DNA of 64,000 nucleotides. Source: Azolla caroliniana. Lineage: Eukaryota > Plantae > Polypodiophyta. Within the stretch, counting starts at the first letter, position 1, and every line of letters begins with the position of its first letter. The position numbers were made by a program, and so were the translations under genes. Shown here piece after piece: positions 60,400 through 64,000 of this stretch. The stretch lies in contig JBHGNT010000007.1 of NCBI GenBank assembly GCA_043228905.1, forward strand, positions 5,642,001 through 5,706,000, given 5' to 3'. The notes beneath the pieces are model-generated. The model was not told the DNA's origin, ran no database searches, and saw only the letters and a program-made list of their open reading frames with translations.

Positions 60400-61600
60400 G
60401 ATCCCCTATGTTTTTCTAAATTCTAACCATCGGCTTAAATAAATACTTTGGTGTTGAGTAAAACCACTCCACCTTATCAAAAAGCTGTCTATAAAATATA
60501 CCTATGTCCCAAATGGCATGAAACTCCAAACGCTTAAGCGTTGCTTGATGCGTATTACCTTTTATACTATCCAACAACCCTCTGAGATTATGCACAATCT
60601 CTATCCAAATTCCCGAAATTATTTGGCAAGTCTTTCAATCACATTTTGAAATACCTTCAAACATCGAGCCTTCCAAATATACCAAATTGTAATACTACTT
60701 ACCAATTGCCATATTTGAGGTTTATCAGTTTGTATTTGTGGATTCAAAGGGATCAAATTTTTTACCATCAAACCATGTCTCATCACAATAGCATCTGCAA
60801 CCTCCTCCTGTTCATATACCATAGGTTTATCATGTACAACTGCCCATAATATTGCATCCCATGTATAGACCACTCTAGGATATACTAGAGTTAATAATTT
60901 TATGATTCGTTTCCTTATGTCCAGATCAAAACCACAACTTCACAAACAATGTTTAGCAGTCTCTATTACATCTGTACAGAAAGGGCACATCTTGTCTACA
61001 TTTCCTTTTCGCCACCCATTAGTTGGTATAGCATTATGAACCAACAACCATCGAAAACAAACAATTTTCCTACTCATCTTTATACCCCATGGCCATTTCC
61101 AAAAGTGTTTGAGATGTTGTGGAGAAAGTCCATTTCGTCTCCAAACAACATTTGCAGTTGGTTCTTTCCATGATCTAGCACCTAATATTTTCCTAACCAA
61201 TCTTCACATAATATTGAAAGAAAGGTACGTATTTGATGTGATCTTGCACCCACACCTTCCAATATAGTTCTCCAAGATCCCAAGTTAATCTAGATATTGG
61301 TTTCCTTTCCATAATCCAAATCCTCTAAAAACAATTCACCTTTTGAGGATCTGGGTCTAAGACCCAATTTGATCCATCATTTGCAATCACCCGCACTTCT
61401 TTATGCAAACAAAACCTAAACAAATCATTTTCCTTAGGTGTAAAGATTAACCTACCATCATCTTGTACATCAAAACTCATACACGCTTGTTCCCCAATAT
61501 AGGCTTTAACTCTAATTAAAACATCCAATGGAGGGAACCATTTGATTTTTCTCCAAATAGTTTCACAAATATAGTGATACCCTATTCAAATTTGGTTGGT
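60400..61600 (-). pseudogene. Decayed L1 ORF2 3' fragment (zf-RVT region)
   Basis: CPFCTDVIETAKHCL, WYIWKARC and WVLDPDP, homologous to 49800-50741. Confidence 0.8.
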
Positions 61601-62199
61601 CTCTCTTACATGTCCATTATGATATAATACTTGACTTTTTTCGAACATGTTTCACAATATTCTTGGTCGGAATTCGAGGTTACAATCACATGGTCTTAAA
61701 CCATGGTAAAAAATGGGAACATGCCTTTGACTTATCTCGTTCATCAATATACAAGGTTCTTAGATCGCCATATTACTCATCTAAAGAGAGACCAAATACG
61801 TCATGATGTGTAGTTAGTATGTCACAAATAACCCATACCAAATACGTCATGATGTGTGAAGCTTTATAAGAGAGATAAGAGGGAAGAACAACAAAAGCTT
61901 TTAACACTTGGCTTTGCTAGATGTGAGTCTCATTTCAAGCATAGTCCATATTTTGATAGTTCTAAAATTGCATTCAAACTTGGACTTTAATTGCGTTGTG
62001 CACAATAAGGATCTTAAAAAACCTTAATAACGAAGTTGAGATTTGACTTCTTATAAACATACTTTGAGAATGTGGCGTAAGAGCCCTTGGCTTATATTCC
62101 TAATCAAACACAGTTAATTGGGAAATACAAGATACCCAATGATTCTTTTACGCGGCTCTAAATGATTTACCAACTTCCTTCAACATTTATAAAAGAAGG

Positions 62200-63382
62200 G
62201 GCACACATTCTGTCTTTGTGGAAGAAGAATTGTAACTCGAGGGAATAGGTTGCCTATTCGTATATTATGGAAGAAAGATAAAAAATGGATATTGAACCCA
62301 CATCCAAATGATGTTAACAATCTCTATGATTTATGGGTCTATGAGACTAAGCCCATTGATCGCCTTTTGTGGCATCCTTGTGGGTGGAAATGGCAAATCA
62401 GATCAGCGCAAGGAATGTTAGGTAAACAGATCCCATTTTTTTAGTATTCGGTAAAAATGGGTAGAGGAATGCTAAGGAGAGGTGTGACTGTTACACCAAT
62501 AGCTAGTAATTTTTGGAGATTTTGTAATGTAATAGATTCTTGGTTGAATGCTTATTGGAAATGGTTATGGGCCATGCAAATTCCTAAAAAGGTTGTGTTA
62601 TTTATATGGTTGTTGACAAATTATGGCATTCATGTGAAGTCATGGATGCGAGGACATTGTCAGGATTTTAAAATGTGACAGTTATGGTTCTCCCATTGAA
62701 TCGGTTTACCATGTTTTATGAATATGTCCTATTGCTGGAGCAGCTTGGAAAAGAATGTTGAGAATGTTATATCCTATTTATGGTAGGTAGGTGTACACAT
62801 GGGGTTTTGTGAGATGGGGAAGATTGGCTAAAGAAATTCAAAACTATGAAAAGGAGTATGGTGATTTCTTTCTCCTCTCCGATGGAAGACATGTATTGGA
62901 GGTCTTTGATATTACATCAGTCTGTTGTTTGGAAGAGGATATGGTCTGTTTGGTCTACGATATCTTTTCAAGTCATTTGGATATTGTGGAAGGCTAGATG
63001 TAATTGTGTATTTCAGAAAGTTAAACAGAATGCAGTTGAGTTAGTCAAAGAGGTATGGTTAATGCCGTACACATTTTAAGAGGTCAATATGATGCAATAA
63101 TTGGTGAGCCTGAGGTTGTGATTCGGAGACAACAACAATTTAGAGAAATTTGGAAAAACGATGAGGTCTTTGTCTCTTTTGGAGAAAGAATAAAGTGGAG
63201 ATATGCTCCACCAAGATGGCTTTTTCCACCCCCCATCTTGGAACAACCTTCATGAGGGCTTTTGATACTTGACATGCTGGTTGATGTGGATATGAGGGTT
63301 GTAACATATTGTATGAACTCATTGTAGCCTTTCGACATCTTTCCATTAATACCAAGGTGAACCTTCTTTCAAAAAAAAAAAA
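62200..63382 (+). pseudogene. Decayed L1 ORF2 3' fragment with poly(A) tail
   Basis: WILNPHP, WILWKARCNCVF and IKWRYAPP motifs; A-run near 63371-63382. Confidence 0.82.
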
Positions 63383-64000
63383 GAGCAATGGCAGAAGCTC
63401 CAACAAAAGCATTAAGAGCAAAAGGCTATGCCTCTAGACCTTTGTCCAATCTTGAATTCTTGAGGTTTATAATGGACATCTAAGTAACTTCCTAATCTTG
63501 CCAACCTCATTTGATTTGCTTCCTTTGCACAAAATTATCAATTGATCTAAATTAGTATAATTCTTGTTTGACTTTGGAAGTACTATATTCAATGTGTTAT
63601 AGGTCATCTATTTCAACTCCTAATGTACATTTTTTTCGTGAGCATTCTAGCTCCCAAGAAACAAAGATTCTTTAGTACTCTTATAAGAGTCTTGAGATGT
63701 TTTTTAGACAACTGCCACCTACGACACATAATGTTGTTCATTATGATGATCTCATACATGGTGTTATACATGTTTTTATTCCTTCGTATTAATCCAAACA
63801 TGAGAAGATTGACCCTCAATATGAGGATTGTTAAGAATGGATACATTCATTACACTATGGCATTCTAGAGTAAGTCAGTCCCATTAGACATGAGTATGAT
63901 GGACCATGGTGACTATGTATCAACTGTCACCGTTTGGATAAAGGCTTGGCATACCATCAAATTAGAATTTTTGGCAAATGATGTTTTGACATTAGTTACT

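Overview
Eukaryotic, plant-type window, probably a moss such as Physcomitrium (inferred from the TE families and intron style). One host gene, a 10-exon IWR1/DMS4(RDM4)-like gene at 20753-24394, lies between two retrotransposon nests. The left nest (1-15011) contains Gypsy LTRs and fragments, a Tcn1-like gag with its LTR, two Copia elements and an internally deleted Gypsy. The right nest (25866-50809) has five levels: L1 LINE > Copia > RTEX-like LINE > Copia > intact Gypsy, with boundaries fixed by TSDs except for the RTEX-like element. The AT-rich right end holds L1 remnants and four short retroposons sharing one tail, one of them headed by a full-length U6 snRNA copy. The most notable signals are: (1) tRNA-type Pol III A/B-box modules inside several distinct Gypsy LTRs; (2) a U6-headed, TSD-flanked SINE-like retroposon; (3) CpG-centred 4-bp Gypsy target sites; (4) a -1 frameshift slippery site plus pseudoknot between Gag-PR and Pol; (5) a heat-shock-element array in a Gypsy U3; (6) a Copia-like U3 block inside a Gypsy LTR. 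All coordinates and comparisons were read by eye; no searches were run.
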